In this document: one piece after another, positions 62,896 to 64,000 of the stretch
How positions within the stretch are numbered: the first letter of the stretch is position 1
Layout: each line of letters begins with the position of its first letter
Assembly: GCA_041686735.1 (NCBI GenBank)
Contig: JAWLDF010000005.1
Location: forward strand, 837 to 64,836
Direction of reading: 5' to 3'
DNA from: Bacilli bacterium
GTDB taxonomy: Bacteria; Bacillota; Bacilli; JACDOE01
Length of the DNA: 64,000 nt
Program-made: the position numbers and the translations under genes
Notes under the pieces: generated by a model
Told to the model about the DNA's origin: nothing
Seen by the model: only the letters and a program-made list of their open reading frames with translations
Database searches by the model: none

Positions 62896-63086
62896 GATTA
62901 TTACCTCCTAACTGTTTCCAACCCTTTACCAGTAAAGTATACCACCGATTGAGCAATTTATCCAATAGCTTTTTACCCACATTTTAATCTATATGCAGGA
63001 GGGGTTCGGAATGACACCCGAGGAAAAGGTGATCCGCACCCCTGCTTGTGATTAATATTCGTCTGCCACAATCCTCGCTTCGCGAA

Positions 63087-64000
63087 TCATGAAGATTGCA
63101 ATACTTTTTTAAATTCTTCCGTTAACTTGGGAACCACTTCAAACAGATCACCTACAATGCCGTAATCGGCAACCTGAAAAATAGGAGCTTCGGGATCCTT
63201 ATTAATTGCCACGATGACCTTTGAATTGGACATTCCGGCCAGATGCTGAATCGCCCCGGAAATACCGGCAGCAATGTAAAGATCAGGAGTTACCACTTTA
63301 CCTGTCTGTCCGATTTGCATGGAGTAATCACAGTATTCGGCATCACATGCTCCCCGCGATGCACCGACAGCTCCGCCCAGCACTTTGGCCAGTTCATACA
63401 GAGGTTTAAATCCGTCTGCACTTTTCACGCCGCGACCGCCGGAAACAACAATTTTCGCTTCACTCAGATCGACGCCCTCCGTGGTTTTGCGGACGATTTC
63501 CTTTACGATTGTACGTAAATCCTTGATTTCCACATCTGCGGATTTCACTTCGGCAGTACGTGAAGCATCCGGTTCGTCTGCTGCGATGTTATTGGGACGA
63601 ATTGTAGCAAAGATCGTTTCATCTTTCACTTTTTTCTTTTGAAAAGCTTTACCGGCATAGATCGGGCGGACAAATACAATCTCGTCACCGCTTACTTCAA
63701 TATCTGTGCAATCAGAAATAAGTCCCCACTGTTTGCGTGCAGCCACCCGCGGTGCCAGATCTTTTCCGATCGCGGTATGTCCCATCAAAATAGCATCGGG
63801 ATTCACCTGATCCAAAACCTGCAGAAAAGCCTGGGTATAGGCATCCGTTGTATATTGTGTCAGTTGTTCATGTTCTACGAGCAACACTTCATCTGCTCCG
63901 TAATGGGCGAGGGAATCGGTGTATCCCTTCACATCTCCTCCGAGAACTGCGGCAGTTACTTTTCCGCCGGCGGACACCTTTTTGGCTGCTGCCAGCGCCT
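63087..64000 (-). CDS. etfA: Electron transfer flavoprotein alpha subunit; 5' end beyond the window
   Basis: VSGGRG, GASR, QIGQTGKVV and GISGAIQH motifs. Confidence 0.95.
   Translation of the reverse strand, partial: ALAAAKKVSAGGKVTAAVLGGDVKGYTDSLAHYGADEVLLVEHEQLTQYTTDAYTQAFLQVLDQVNPDAILMGHTAIGKDLAPRVAARKQWGLISDCTDIEVSGDEIVFVRPIYAGKAFQKKKVKDETIFATIRPNNIAADEPDASRTAEVKSADVEIKDLRTIVKEIVRKTTEGVDLSEAKIVVSGGRGVKSADGFKPLYELAKVLGGAVGASRGACDAEYCDYSMQIGQTGKVVTPDLYIAAGISGAIQHLAGMSNSKVIVAINKDPEAPIFQVADYGIVGDLFEVVPKLTEEFKKVLQSS

Overview
A 64 kb stretch of chromosome from a spore-forming Bacillales/Paenibacillaceae-like Firmicute (inferred from gene content). It is mostly core genes: tRNA clusters, tig-clpP-clpX-lonB-lonA-engB, cwlJ-gerQ, asparagine synthase, polysaccharide deacetylases, relQ, tupABC, fabI, greA, nth, namA, trxA and etfA. 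I found no prophage, integrase, transposase or CRISPR array. The strongest signal is a cadC-coupled P1B-2 heavy-metal ATPase whose true N-terminal metal-binding motif reads GLT-[TGA]-ADC. A bacterial-SECIS-like hairpin follows that TGA, so the protein is a probable selenoprotein that the ORF track truncates. Nearby, a LysR gene precedes a fused 4Fe-4S/NrfD subunit and a Tat-less molybdopterin oxidoreductase. Other observations: an orphan IS200/IS605 right end (TnpB omegaRNA-like) flanked by two inverted hairpin modules with a shared core; a structured tRNA-Ser 3'-end repeat element; 10-bp phased repeats upstream of the tupABC regulator; tandem ARG boxes before a short ArgA-like GNAT; and a one-base frameshift in ypgR/cvfC. 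All calls come from reading the sequence by eye; no database searches were run.
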